From Malacoraja senta (taxonomy: Eukaryota): DNA of 64,000 bases. Positions 1-12,214 of the stretch are shown in pieces. The DNA is taken from assembly GCA_038087875.1 (NCBI GenBank), contig CM075998.1:5272001-5336000 (forward strand), written 5' to 3'. The notes beneath the pieces were generated by a model that was not told the origin of the DNA, searched no databases, and saw only the letters and a program-made list of their open reading frames with translations. The first letter of the stretch is position 1, and every line of letters starts with the position of its first letter. The translations under genes and the position numbers were made by a program.

Positions 1-1199
1 GGAAGTCTGTCAATGGCTCGGTGTAAAATGTTAACTATGCCTTGCACTGTAGATGATATTGAGGGGGGTGGGGGAGAGACTGAGGATGTAGACAGCTTAG
101 AGGGAGCTTTACCTTGCTAGCCTCAATGTGCCACACTGATACAGAGATACCTTTCATACCTCGCTGTTTAGATTTTTTTTATCGGAGACAGGCTCGGAAA
201 AAAAAAAATGTCCTCAGGGATGACCTTACTCTCCACTGCAAGTGTGGGGAAAAAGGCACGTACGTTGTGGACTTTAGCCAAAGTCTTTTTTTAAATAAAA
301 TCCCCAAACCTAGTGGAAAGACCTCTGAGGATATCTCCGGCCAAATATACCCATCTTAAAACTTGCTTTTCAAAATATTATTTTTTGAAGATTAATTATT
401 TTTTTAAAAGCACATCAAATTTGTTTTCGTACAAAGGTGACAATTGTGCTGTAAAAGGGTGTGGCATGGTCTTTCATTGGGAGACGAAGTTGACCTCAAA
501 TCAACTTTGCTTTCTGCCAAACACGGCTTGATTATGAAGCTTTTGGCATAGTTGAAAGAAAATGGCCGATTTCTATCCTTAAATATTTTTCACCGCTTAA
601 ATGCATTCTCTCTATTCAAGTATTGGTCGTACTAAAACATTTTTGGGTTCCACTTGTATCAGTGAAGGTGTTTTCGTAGCTTTGATGGAAAAGGTAATCG
701 CCCGTCATGTTGTGTGGGTGTCAAGTTCTGTCGGAATTTGCATGAATCTGTTCTCGCGAATGCTCACAGTGGAAAGTTCTTGGCCGTCGTGTTGCATTTT
801 TTTCTGTCGTCTTTTTCCTCGTTACGATTCTTTCACCTTTCACTTGGTTTTCCGTTCTCTGGTCCCAAGCACCGTTTCTCTTTCCAGAAGGGAGGCCTCC
901 CGTTCCATGCCGATATCTGCCCTAACTGCTCGTGAGATCGCAAATATCGAATGTCCTTCAGAATAATTTCCTTCCTTGTTCCCTCATCTCCCCCCCCCCC
1001 CCCCCATGGAGAAGTGGGGAAGCCTCCAACCGCTAGGCCGGATCTGGCCAAACGCAGTACCAGAGGGTTCAATACCTCGATGGTGTGGATGCATCTCAAG
1101 AACCTCATGTTATTTTCCTAATCCCTTCAGCCTAACTGGAAAGCTCGATGGTTCCTCCATGGGATTGCGATGGAGGGAAACTGAACCATCAAGTCAATC

Positions 1200-1420
1200 T
1201 AAGATGGACACTAAATGCTGGAGTAACTCAGCGGGACAGGCAGCATCTCTGGAGAGAAGGAATGGGTGATGTTTCGGGTCGAGACCCTTCTTCAGGACTG
1301 TTCTATGTCCGAAACGTCACCCATTCCTTCTCTCCAGAGATGCTGCCTGACCCGCTGTTACTCCAGCATTTTGTGTCTATCGTTGGTTTAAACCAGCATC
1401 TGCAGTTCCTTCCTACACAT
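1200..1420. mobile_element. Penelope-like (PLE) terminal fragments, inverted pair
   Basis: Minus-strand PLE end with hammerhead motif (gtttcgggtcgagacccttcttcag) followed by a plus-strand copy (ccgaaacgtcacccattcc...ctgcagttccttcctacaca). Confidence 0.8.
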
Positions 1421-1694
1421 CAAGTCAATCTATTCTGTCCCAAGACACGTCCTCATAGTTTGCTGGAGTTCAGTTGCCTATTAAGTCCAAATATGTTAAC
1501 TAGGATGACGTAGTAGTGGTTTAGAGGAGTGTCTAAATTGGATCCGGATTCTATGCTTTGGATAAGACATAAAAAGTCCTACCTACACAAAGGATGTTAA
1601 GAATCCATGCTGCTTTTTAAAGCAGGAGCAGAGGATTCATCCAGGGTCTTGGGCAACACTCCTCCATGTCATTTGCTGTTTGTGGGATGTTGCT

Positions 1695-1828
1695 TTGTGC
1701 AAAATGGCTACCACGTTTGTTCAAAATGGCCACCATGTTTGTTCAAAATGGCCACCACGTTTGTTCAAAATGGCCACCACGTTTGTTCAAAATGGCTACC
1801 ACGTTTGTTCAAAATGGCTACCACGTTG
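1695..1828. repeat. 22-bp minisatellite, about 6 copies
   Basis: Unit cacgtttgttcaaaatggc(c/t)ac. Confidence 0.95.
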
Positions 1829-2439
1829 TCTGCATAATGGTTTCCGCTTTCCAAAGGGGAGTTCATCGTGTGCCAAATGCTCTGACCTATTCCTGAGCGA
1901 TGTGATCTGATGCATGTGGCCTTTGTAGTGGTTGATTGAAGCAACGTCGATGTGGTCTTGGTGCCGGTCTCCCTGACTTTTACTTGTCTTGGCAAAATAG
2001 AGCCAGGAAAATAGGAGGGGGTTGAGTCAATGAGACTTTTTAAATGTATTTTGTTAAAATTGTTGAATAAACTAATGCGCGGAGAAGCGTGGACATAAAT
2101 TGGACGGGAGGCCGCAGTTCTGTTCTATGGGGAGAGTCCTCTCATCTCTCCTGGAACTGCTGCGTGCACTTGATCTCACAGAGTAATGGTCCCTTTGATT
2201 ACTGCTCGCTATTGGATCTTGCTGAGAAATGGAGTTTTCAATGAGTGAAACTGTGGTGCTTTTGGTAAACTAGCGGCTGAGAGCCTGAGGGGAATCGAAT
2301 GATGATTGTGTGAAGTATTAGCGCACATCCAGTGCCCATTCAACTGCAACTTCAGGAGTGCGGAGCAGGCATTTGAGCAAGCGTGTCGAGGCATAGCTAG
2401 CTGCCAACGTGGATGACATTATTTCCTTTTCCACCTTGG

Positions 2440-2582
2440 GCGGTAGAGTTGCTGCCTCACAGCGCCATAGACCCGGGTTCCATTCTGACTACAGGCACTG
2501 TCAGTACGGAGTTTGTACTTTCTCATAGTGGCCTGCGCGGGTTTTCTCCGGGTTGTCCGGTTTCATCCCACACTCCAAAAAC
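2440..2582 (+). mobile_element. V-SINE (HE1-like), partial
   Basis: tRNA-like head and V-domain core, then a jump into CR1 3' sequence. Confidence 0.8.
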
Positions 2583-2674
2583 GGCTGTGGAGACCAAGTC
2601 ATTTGATATTTTTAAGGCAGAGATAGATAGGTGCGCAACGTCACCAGTGTTGTCTGACCCCAGTGCCGCCTTCA

Positions 2675-2972
2675 GTTTAGTTCAGAAGCACAGCGCGGAA
2701 AGCAGGCCCTTCGGCCCACTGGCTCCGCGCCGACCAGCGATCCCCGCACGCTAACACTACCCCACACAAATTAAGGGCAGTTCACATTTTACACCAAGCC
2801 AATTAACCTGCAAACCCGTAGGTCTTTGAGGTGTGGGAGGAAACCGGAGCACCCGGGGAAAACCCACGCAGGTCACCGGGAGAACGTACAAACTCCATAC
2901 AGACAGCACCCGTGGTGGGGATCGAACCCGGGTCTCTGGCGCTGTGAGGCAGCGCCTACCCGCTGCGCCACC
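2675..2972 (-). mobile_element. V-SINE (HE1-like)
   Basis: tRNA-derived head, V-domain (gtttcctcccaca), CR1-type tail gggccgaagggcctg. Confidence 0.9.
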
Positions 2973-3243
2973 TATGGTGTGCCATTCCTCACTCCTATTT
3001 GAACACTGTATTGGGCTGTTGCATGGTCAGTCTGTGGGATAACTCTCCCAATATAATCATCAGTCCCACAATGTTACAGCAGTGTTATTCAGGGTACACA
3101 TCTAGGCTTATGTTGACAGCATCATCAAGGACCAGTCTCACCCCCGGCCACTCCCTCTTCTTCCCTCTCCCATCGGCCAAGAGGTACAGAAGTGTGAAAA
3201 CGAACGCACACACCTCCAGATTCAGGGACAGTTTCTTCCCGGC

Positions 3244-3530
3244 TTAGTTTCGTTTAGAGATACGGCGCAGAAACAGGCCCTTCAGCCCGCGCCGACCAAC
3301 GGTCCCCGCTCACTAACACCATCTCACAGAGTTGGGATGATTTTTGCAATGAAACCAAGTAACCTACAAACCCGCACGTCTTTGGGAGTGTGGGAGGAAA
3401 CCGGAGCACCCGGAGAAAACCCATGCAGGTCACGGGGAGAAGGTACAAACTCCGTACAGGCAGCACCCGTAGTCAGGATCGAACCTGGGTCTTAGGGCAG
3501 CAACTCTACCACTGCGCCACCGTGCCACCC
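3244..3530 (-). mobile_element. V-SINE (HE1-like) nested in Rex1
   Basis: Head, V core and tail interrupt ttcttccc(a/g)gct|gttatcagg. Confidence 0.88.
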
Positions 3531-3596
3531 TGTTATCAGGCAACTGAACCGTCCTTTCGCCAACTAGAGAGCGGTCCAGACCTCCTATCTACCAAA

Positions 3597-4250
3597 TAGT
3601 GGCATGTTGACCTTCATAACAAGATGATTTGAGTATTGGAGTAAAGAGGTCCTTCTGCAGTTGTACAAGGCCCTGGTGAGACCACATCTGGAACACTGTG
3701 TGCAGTTTTGGTCTCCTAATTTGAGGACTTGACATCCTTTCTATTGAGGCAGTGCAGCGTAGTTTCACGAGATTGATCCCTGGGATGGCGGGATTGTCAT
3801 ATGAGGAAAGATTGGAAAGACTGGGCTTGGATTCACTGGAATTTAGAAGGATGAGAGGGTATCTTATAGAAACGTATAAAATTCTAAAAGGACTGGACAA
3901 GCTAGATGCAGGAAAAATGGTCCCAATGATGGGGGAGTCCAGAACCAGGGGCCACAATCTAAGAATAAAGGGGAGGCCATTTAAAACTGAGATGAGAAAA
4001 AATCTTTTCCACCCAGAGAGTTGTGAATCTGTGGAATTCTCTGTCACGGAAGGCAGTGGAGGCCGATTCACTGGCTGAATTTAAAAGAGAGTTGGATAGA
4101 GCTCTAGGGGCTAGTGGAATCAAGGGGATATGGGGAGAAGGCAGGAACGGGGTACTGATTGTGGATGATCAGCCATGATCACAATGAATGGCGGTGCTGG
4201 CTCGAAGGGCCGAATGGCCTTCTGCTGCATCTATTTTCTATGTTTCTACG
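3597..4250 (+). mobile_element. CR1 LINE 3' fragment
   Basis: [17 protein letters not shown] and QRSFTRLIPGMAGLSYEERL, frameshifted; (tttcta)n tail. Confidence 0.92.
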
Positions 4251-4514
4251 TTGGAGACCCTTGAACTATCTCCAATAGGACTTTATTGGACCAATGCTAT
4301 ATCTTGGCTTGATTGTAATCATGTATAGCCTGTTCGCTGACTGGTTAGCACGTTTACAAAAGCTTTTCACTGTACCTCGGAACACATGACAATGTACATA
4401 TGTGTTTGTGAAGAGGACATGTCAAGCACAAGTGAGCTGGGCATCATTTTGTTTCTAATTGTTGCTTATGATGGCTTGCGGTGTACAATGTAGCTCCTGT
4501 GGAATTGGTATCTA

Positions 4515-4823
4515 TGTTTCGAGATGGAGGTACAGCAAGGAAAAGGGCCCTTCGGCCCACCGAGTCCATGCCGACCATCGATCTCACTAGTTCTAGGTTA
4601 TCCCACTTTCTCATCCACTCCCTACACACTAGGGGGCCAATTAACCTATACACCCACGCGTCTTTTGGACGTGGGAGGAAACCGGAGCACCCGGAGGAAA
4701 CCCACACGGTCACAGGGAGAGCGTGCAAACTCCACACAGACAGACAGTTACCGAGGTCAGGATGGAACACGGGTCTCTGGCGCTGTGAGGTAGCGGCTCT
4801 ATCAGCTGTGCCACCGTGCCGGC
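4515..4823 (-). mobile_element. V-SINE (gagtggatgagaaagtggg subfamily)
   Basis: Head, V core, CR1-like tail. Confidence 0.85.
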
Positions 4824-4854
4824 CTATCATCCCCTGCTCTCTGTGCTTCCAATG

Positions 4855-5175
4855 TGGTCGTCACGGTGACGCAGCGGTAGAGTTGCTGCCTCACAGCGCC
4901 AGAGACCCGGGTTCCATCCCGACTACGGGGGCTGTCTGTACGGAGTTTGTACCTTCTCCCCGTGACCTGCGTGGGTTTTCTCCAGGCGCTCCGGTTTCCT
5001 CCCACACTCCAAAGACGTGCAGGTTTGTAGGTTAATTGGCTTGGTATACATGTAAATTTTCCCTAGTGTGTGTAGGATAGTGTTAGTGTGCGGGGATCGC
5101 TGGTCGGCACGGACTCGGTGGGCCGAAGGGCCTGTTTCCGCGCTGTATCTTCAAAGTAAACTAAACTAAACTAAA
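4855..5175 (+). mobile_element. V-SINE (HE1-like), full length
   Basis: A-box ggtgacgcagcgg, B-box ggttccatccc, V core, (actaa)n tail. Confidence 0.92.
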
Positions 5176-5349
5176 TGGGCAAGTAACATGGTGCCCACCA
5201 GCTGTGCAGAAGTGCTGACCAGGGAGTTGTGGTGAATTAACAATGTGTCACAAGAAATAGGGGAGTCGGTGACCGGTTCCTAAACTTTGCTCTGCTTATA
5301 TCGTGCAGGAATAAGTTTCTTCACCTCACAAGGTCATTTATAAGTAAAG

Positions 5350-5960
5350 TCATCGAGTCACAGAGTGATACAGCATGGAAACAGGCCCTTCGGCCCAACT
5401 TGCCCACACCGGCCAACGTGTCCCATCTACACTAGTCTCACCTGCCTGCGTTTGGTCCATATCCCTCGAAACCTGTCCTATCCATGTACCTGTCTAACTG
5501 TTTCTTAAACGATGGGATAGTCCCTGCCTCAACTACCTCCGGCAGCTTGTTCCATACACCCACCATCCTTTGTGTGAAAAAGTTACCCCTCAGATTCCTA
5601 TTAAATATTTTCCCCTTCACCTTGAACCTATGTCCTCTGGTCCTCGATTCCCCTACTCTGGGCAAGAGACCCTGTGCATCTACCCGATCTATTCCTCTCA
5701 TGATTTTATACCCCTCTATATGATCACCCCTCATCCTCCTGCGTTCCAAGGAATAGAGATCCAGTCTACTCAACCTCTCCCTGTGGCTCACACCCTCTAG
5801 TCCTGGCAACATCCTCGTAAATCTTCACTGAACCTTTTCCAGCTTGACAATATCTTTCCTATAACATGGTGCCCAGAACTGAACACAATATCGGTCTCAC
5901 CAACATCTTATACGACTGCAACATGACCTCCCAACTTCTATACTCGATACTGTGACTGAA
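5350..5960 (-). mobile_element. CR1 LINE 3' fragment
   Basis: MLPGLEGVSHRERLSRLDLYSLERRRMRGD...NFFTQRMVGVWNKLP; its 3' tail matches the SINE tail. Confidence 0.92.
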
Positions 5961-6225
5961 GTTAGTTGCCATTTAGTTGTATTTTAACTCAAAATGCTCA
6001 GTAACAGAGGTATGGTTCTACCTCTTTGACACAGGGCAGCAACATTATAGGTTTACCCAGAATGTTGCCTGGATTAGAGGGTTTCAGCTCCAAGGTTGGA
6101 CAGACTTCATGATCATACATACCTGGGACAAGTTGTGTACGTAGAGAGGCAAGTGGGTGCTGAAATGGGGATGTATAGGAGATTTGGGCCTACATCAGAG
6201 GCCTGAGTGGATCGGTGGGTTAGGA

Positions 6226-6327
6226 CTGAAGACAGACACAAAATGCTGGAGTAACTCAGCGGGACAGGCAGCATCTCTGGAGAGAAGGAACGGGTGATGT
6301 TTCGGGTCGAGACCCTTCTTCAGGCTG
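6226..6327 (-). mobile_element. PLE terminal fragment
   Basis: gacacaaaatgctggagtaactcagc...gtcgagacccttcttcag. Confidence 0.8.
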
Positions 6328-6384
6328 ATGGTGCGTTAGGACTTGTAGAAGTCGTAGGATGGGAGGTTCACGCCTGGCCTACAA

Positions 6385-6862
6385 GATGCAGAGGAGGTTT
6401 AACAGAACGCTGCCTGGATTAGAGGGTTTCAGCTACAGGGAGAGGTTGGACAGACTTGGATTGTTTTCTCTGGAACGTCAGAGGTTGAGGGGAGACCTGA
6501 TAGAAGTGTATAACATTATGAGAGACATAGATAGGGGTAGACAGTCAGAACCTTTTCCCCAGGGTGGAGATGTCCACTAGAGGGCGCAGCTTTAATGTGA
6601 GAGGGGGAAAGTTTAAAGGAGATGTGTGGGGCAGGTGTTTTTTACACAGAGGGTGGTGGGTGCCTGGAACGCGCTGCCAGGGGTGGTGGTGGAGGCAGAT
6701 ACGATAGTGGTGTTTAAGAGGCTTTTAGACAGGCACGTGGATATGCAGGGAATGGAGGGATATGGATCACGTGCAGGCAGAGGAGATCAGTTTAACTTGG
6801 CATCATGTTCGGCACGGACATTGTGGGCCGAAGGGCCTGTTCCCGTGCTGCACTGTTCTATG
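6385..6862 (+). mobile_element. CR1 LINE 3' fragment
   Basis: QRRFNRTLPGLEGFSYRERLDRLGLFSLE...FFTQRVVGAWNALP. Confidence 0.9.
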
Positions 6863-7384
6863 GCCTATCTCTGAAGAACATTGAACTGCACGCACGTCCT
6901 TGGAGGAGTTATTTCCTCTCCAGTAACTTGCAAAGCAGTATAGATGTTTGAGCTGTAAACCTGTCTCATACCGACAGGAACAGCCACTCGAATTGCAAGC
7001 CGAGAGGCAGATGGGGCATGATTAACAGGAGCCCGGTATCGAAATGAAAAGGTTACAATCATTGATCCGTCTTTAATGCGACAGGATGGGGGACGCCATG
7101 AAATTGCGGTCGCATGGTAATCTGCGAGGTATCTTTGCACGAGAGTGCGCGCATTTATTAACGCTGGGAAGGGCTAATGACAAGAGTGCCGCCTTAACAA
7201 TGGTGCTTGGCAGCAACTCCAATGCATCTGTCTTTTCCCTTTCTCCCCACGGAGCGAGAGGCAGAGAGAAAGTGGTTCACCAGAAGCCGATTCTGCTACC
7301 CAGTCAGCAGAAACACACCCGCACAATCATTCCCCATCACATTTGGTGTCCCTACCAGAACCAGGTATTTTAATATACTGCCGC

Positions 7385-7690
7385 TTTGAAGATGCAGCGT
7401 GGCAACAGGCCCTTCGGCCCACCGAGCCCGTGCCGACCAGCGATCCCCGCACACCAATGCTGCCCTGCACACACACACACACACACACACACTAGGGACA
7501 ATTTTACACTTTACGCCAAGCCAATTCGCCCACAAACCCGCACGTCTTTGGAGTGTGGGAGGAAAGTTGAAGATCTCGGAGACACGTCACGGGGGAGAAG
7601 GTACAAACTCCGCACGGTCCACACCCGTGGTCAGGGTGGAACCCGGGTCTCCGGCGCTGTGAGGCAGCAACTCTACCGCGGCGCCACCCG
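7385..7690 (-). mobile_element. V-SINE with internal (CA)n
   Basis: Head, core and tail; (ca)n at 7467-7492. Confidence 0.88.
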
Positions 7691-8092
7691 GTGACAAGGG
7701 AAGAAAATGGCCTTGTCCCGCGTGCCAAACGTAGGCTCTTCAATCCAGGATTTACTGGGGTATAACGGGGACTAATTGGCCCTCTGTACATTGCCCCCTA
7801 GTGTGTAGGGAGTGGATGAGAAAGTGGGATAACATAGAACTGGTGTGAACGATGGTCGGCACGGACCCGGTGGGCTGAAGGGCCTGTTTCCACGCTGTAT
7901 CTCTCTCTCTAAACTAGATACCAATTCCACAAGAGCTCCCTTGTTCACTGCAAGTCATTATGAGCAACAATTGGAAACAGAATGGGGCATGTTTCAGCCA
8001 ATGAGAAATGACCCGGTTATTGAGAAACTCAAACGCGTTTCTTTTGATTCCAATCGAATCAGCAGCCCAGCAGTGCAGATGATACAGTTTCA

Positions 8093-8362
8093 TCCTCACA
8101 GCGCCACACACCCCGGTTCAATCCTGATCAGGGCTGCTTTCTGTGTGGAGTTTGCACGTTCTCCCCGTGACCGCGTGGGTTTCCTCCCACAACCCCAATG
8201 ACGCATAGGTTTGTAGGTTGATTGGACCTCTGTAAATTGCCCGCCTAGTGTGTAGGGAGTGGATGAGAAAGTGGGGTAACACAGAACTAGAGTGAGAACG
8301 GGTGGTCGATGGTGAGCGTGGGCTCGGTGGGCCGAAGGGCCTGTTTCCACGCTGTATCTTTC
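8093..8362 (+). mobile_element. V-SINE
   Basis: Partial head, V core, tail. Confidence 0.85.
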
Positions 8363-8816
8363 CAATCAACTCAATCGGGCATCAGGGGTTACGGGGAGAA
8401 GGCCGGAGAATGGTATTAGGAGGGGGAGATAGATCAGCCATGATTGAATGGCGGAGTAGACTTGATGGGCTGAATGGCCTAATTCTGCTCCTATCACTTA
8501 TGATATGAATCAATACTAAACATGAATTCAATCAAGCCTAACACAAGTCCATCACTTAGAGCAAAGAGAAAAACTCCAGAGTGCAGAATATATTTTCTCT
8601 GTATTGTCGCGTAACAGTTCCAGAGGAGAAGTGCAATGCCTACCACAGGGTAGGTTGGAAGATTCATTTATGTAAAGGAGGTGGTGGAAGCACAGAAGGA
8701 TGTTGCCAGGTGAAGATGATGGAAATGTCGGCTCTTAGGAAAGAGGTTGTGTTCTCCCTGCGAATTTGAAACTTTCCATCTCAGAGCTCTGGGAACTGGG
8801 AAGTTCGGCTCCATAT

Positions 8817-9125
8817 AGGGGTCGGCACGGTGGCGCAGCGGTAGAGTTGCTGCCTCACAGCGCCAGAGACCCGGGTTCCATCCCGACTACGGGTGCTTGT
8901 CTGTGCGGAGTTTGTACCTTCTCCCCGTGACCCGCGTGGGTTTTCTCCGGGTGCTCCGGTTTCCTCCCACACTCCAAGGACGTGCGGGTTTGTAGGCTAA
9001 TTCTGTAACTTGCCCCTGGCGTTTGCGGGATAGAACTAGTGTCCGGGGCGATCGCTGGTCGGCGCGGACTCGGTGGGCCGAGGGGCCAGTTTCCACGCTG
9101 TATCGCTAGAATAAACTAATCTAAA
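8817..9125 (+). mobile_element. V-SINE, full length
   Basis: ggcacggtggcgcagcggtagag head, core, tail. Confidence 0.9.
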
Positions 9126-9329
9126 TATTTAGTCCATGTCATAAGAAGGTTAGAATATTTGATTGGATGGTTATTAAAGCAAAATTCTGGCTTCTGATCA
9201 GAATTCTGACGTTTGCACTGGTTCTTGGTTAAAACTTAGTGCGTTGTTTAATTTTCGGCAGCGCTTGCCTCGTGGTGGTCTGAAGATAGCGTGGCTGTGT
9301 TTTTCTCTTGAGCTTCTGAACCAGTTGTG

Positions 9330-10345
9330 ATGATGCTTCCCAGGAACGAGTGGGTTAACATATGATGAGCGTTTGTCGGCACTGGGCCTGTACTCGCTGG
9401 AGTTTAGAAGGATGAGGGGGGGACCTCATTGAAACGCACCGAATAGTGAAAGGCCTGGATAGAGTGGATGTGGAGAGGATGTTTCCACTAGTGGGAGAGT
9501 CTGGGACCAGAGGTCACAGCCTCAGAATTAAAGGATGCTCTTTTAGGAACTTTAGGTGAGGAGGAACTTCTTTAGTTAATTCATTGCCACAGACGGCTGT
9601 GGAGGCCAAGTCAATAGATATTTTTAAGGCAGAGATAGACAAATTCTTGATTAGAACGGGTATCAAGGCTTTTTCACACAGAGAGTTGTGAGTCTGTGGA
9701 ATTCTCTGCCTCAGAGAATTCCACAGACTCACAACTCTCTGTGTGAAAAAGCCTTGAGGCAGGTTCTCTGGATACTTTCAAGACAGAGCTAGATCGGGCT
9801 CTTAAAGGTAGCGGAGTCAGGGGATATGGGGAGAAGGCAGGAACGGGGTTTCTGATTGGGGATGATCAGCCATGATCACATTGAATGGCGGTGCTGGCTC
9901 GAAGGGGCCGAATGGCCTACTCCTGCACCTATTGTCGATTGTTATGGGGAGAAGGCAGGAAAATGAGATTCGGAGGCAGAGATCAGCCATGATTGAATGG
10001 TGGAGTGGACTCGATGGGCCGAATGGCCTAATTCTACTTGTGAACTTGCGAGGGAATTTAACAAAACTGAGCTGGAGCCAGTGAAAGAATAGCAATAAAT
10101 GGAGTCAATCGAATACAAGAGGGCATAGTCTTAAGAGGAGAGGGGCAAAGTTTAAAGGAGATGTGTGGGGTATGTGTGGGTGCCTGGAACGTGTTGTCAA
10201 GGTTGGTGGTTGAGGCAGATATGATAGTGGTGTTTAAGAGGGCAGGCACATGGCTATGTAGGGATTGGATGGATATGGATTTTCAGTAGGTACACAAGAG
10301 ATGCTATTGGCAGCATGTTCGGCATAGACGTTGTGAGCCAAAGGG
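9330..10345 (+). mobile_element. Cluster of CR1 3' fragments
   Basis: Several truncated CR1 ORF2 ends and 3' UTRs; perfect hairpin at 9663-9757. Confidence 0.8.
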
Positions 10346-10640
10346 CGGAATGGTGGCGCAGCGGTAGAGTTGCTGCCTCACAGCGTCAGAGACCCCGGTT
10401 CCATCCTGACTACGAGCGCTGTCTGTACGGAGTTTGTACCTTCTCCCCGTGACCTGCGTGGGTTTTCTCCAGGTGCTCCGGTTTCCTCCCACAGTCCAAA
10501 GACGTGCGGGTTTGTAGGTTAATTGGCTTGGTATCAATGTAAATTTTCCCTAGTGTGTGTGTAGGATAGTGTTAGTGTGCGGGGATCGCTGGTCGGCGCG
10601 GATTCTGTGCTGCATCTCGTATCTCTACAGTAAACCAAAC
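10342..10640 (+). mobile_element. V-SINE
   Basis: Head, core, tail. Confidence 0.88.
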
Positions 10641-10692
10641 TGTTTCATGTTCTCCAAATACACAGAAGCAACAAGGAGGCAAATGGACCACT

Positions 10693-11281
10693 ATATCTTG
10701 TACAGAGCCCTAGTGAGACCACACCTGGAGTATTGTGTGCAGTTTTGGTCCCCTAATTTGAGGAAGGACATTCTTGCTATTGAGGGAGTGCAGCGTAGGT
10801 TTACAAGGTTAATTCCCGGGATGGCGGGACTGTCATATGCTGAGAGAATGGAGCAGCTGGGCTTGTACACTCTGGAATTTAGAAGGATGAGAGGGAATCT
10901 CATTGAAACATATAAGATTGTTAAGGGTTTGGACACGCTAGAGGCAGGAAACATGTTCCTGATGTTGGGGGAGTCCAGAACCAGGGGCCACAGTTTAAGA
11001 ATAAGGAGTAAGCCATTTAGAACGGAGACGAGGAAACACATTTTCTCACAGAGAGTGGTGAGTCTGTGGAATTCTCTGCCTCAGAGGGCGGTGGAGGCAG
11101 GTTCTCTGGATGCTTTCAAGAGAGAGCTAGATAGGGCTCTTAAAAATAGTGGAGTCAGGGGATATGGGGAGAAGGCAGGAACGGGGTACTGATTGGGGAT
11201 GATCAGCCATGATCACATTGAAGGGCGGTGCTGGCTCAAAGGGCCAAATGGCCTACTCCTGCACCTATTGTCTATTGTCTA
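10693..11281 (+). mobile_element. CR1 LINE 3' fragment with open ORF2 C-terminus
   Basis: [19 protein letters not shown]...FSQRVVSLWNSLP...GYGEKAGTGY*; (ctattgt)n tail. Confidence 0.95.
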
Positions 11282-11486
11282 TCTTACAGCCCCCAATATT
11301 ATTCTGTCTGGCAAGCTCTGATTATTGGGCCATACTTTCTAGGAGGAACACAATTGACTGTAGGTTACCAGTTATTGGCAGAAAGGGACAGGAATAGCGA
11401 GCAGATTAATTATTATGACTAAATTCATCTTATTTTGTGTGGGAAGGAATCGCAGCTGCTGGTTCAAACCGAAGATGGACACAAAA

Positions 11487-11830
11487 AGCTGGAGTAACTC
11501 AGCGGGTCAGGCAGCATCTGTGGAGAACATGGATAGCTGACGTTTCACAGAGTGCTGGAGTAACTCAGCGGGTCAGGCAGCATCTGTGGAGAACATGGAT
11601 AGGTGACGTTTCACAGAGTGCTGGAGTAACTCAGCAGGTCAGGCAGCATCTATGGAGAACATGGATAGGTGACGTTTCACACAGTGCTGGAGTAACTCAG
11701 CGGGTCAGGCAGCATCTGTGGAGAACATGGATAGGTGACGTTTCACACAGTGCTGGAGTAACTCAGCGGGTCAGGCAGCATCTGTGGAGAACATGGATAG
11801 GTGACGTTTCACACAGTGCTGGAGTAACTC
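11487..11830 (-). repeat. 66-bp PLE-derived tandem array (about 5 units)
   Basis: Reverse complement of gaaacgtcacctatccatgttctccacagatgctgcctgacccgctgagttactccagcactctgt. Confidence 0.97.
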
Positions 11831-11868
11831 AGCGGGACAGGCAGCATCTCTGGAGAGAAGGAATGGGT

Positions 11869-11896
11869 GACGTTTCGGGTCGAGACCCTTCTTCAG
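11869..11896 (-). ncRNA. Minimal PLE-type hammerhead ribozyme motif
   Basis: CUGAAGA-A-GGGU(CUCG)ACCC-GAAA-C-GUC. Confidence 0.6.
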
Positions 11897-12214
11897 ACAC
11901 TTTGGTCTCGACCCAAAATGTCACCAATTCCTTCTCTCCACAGATGCTGCCTGTCCCGCTGAGTTACTCCAGCATTTTGTGTCTATCTTCTCTCATTTTG
12001 TGCTTGGATTGCTGCAGGTAGCGCACTGGGGCGTTTGTGGTCTTTACGAATGAAACTCGGTTAAGTTGTTGAATAGGTAGAGGAGGAATATATTTTCAGC
12101 CTCATTTCTTCATTAGCCATTTAGTTTGTGCCCATAAAGCGATTGTCTTGTAAACACCCAATAGTTCACCAAAAGATCGAGTGAGCATGATTATTAAGGG
12201 TGTCAATTGATAAG

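Larger units (their letters stand above)
3117..4395 (+). mobile_element. Rex1/Babar LINE 3' end, split by a SINE and a CR1
   Basis: PGHSLFFPLPS.KRYRSVKT..HTSRFRDSFFPA, resuming at 3531 and 4251; collinear with the copy at 52060-52595. Confidence 0.75.
11437..11990 (-). mobile_element. PLE terminal element containing a 66-bp array, plus an inverted partner
   Basis: PLE tail, five array units, hammerhead at 11869-11896, inverted copy 11903-11990. Confidence 0.8.

Noticed and set aside
988..1005. Poly-C/G runs (also 16035 and 37216) as functional G-quadruplexes
   Set aside because: Simple homopolymers with unreliable length and no supporting context.
114..1108. Short ORFs in the first kilobase
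   Set aside because: No recognisable domain, frequent stops, no convincing splice structure.
1695..1828. Link between the 22-bp repeats and the 66-bp (3x22) satellite
   Set aside because: No sequence similarity; the 66-mer has no internal 22-bp period.
4855..4930. SINE heads as tRNA genes
   Set aside because: A/B boxes run straight into V-SINE core and tail, with dozens of diverged copies.
10557..11192. 211-aa ORF (and 224-aa ORF at 30768-31442) as host genes
   Set aside because: 5'-truncated CR1 ORF2 C-termini with accidental starts.
11437..12021. Repetitive ORFs (WRTWIGDVSQSAGVTQRVRQHL)n as proteins
   Set aside because: A by-product of a stop-free 66-nt period, antisense to the PLE; no gene structure.
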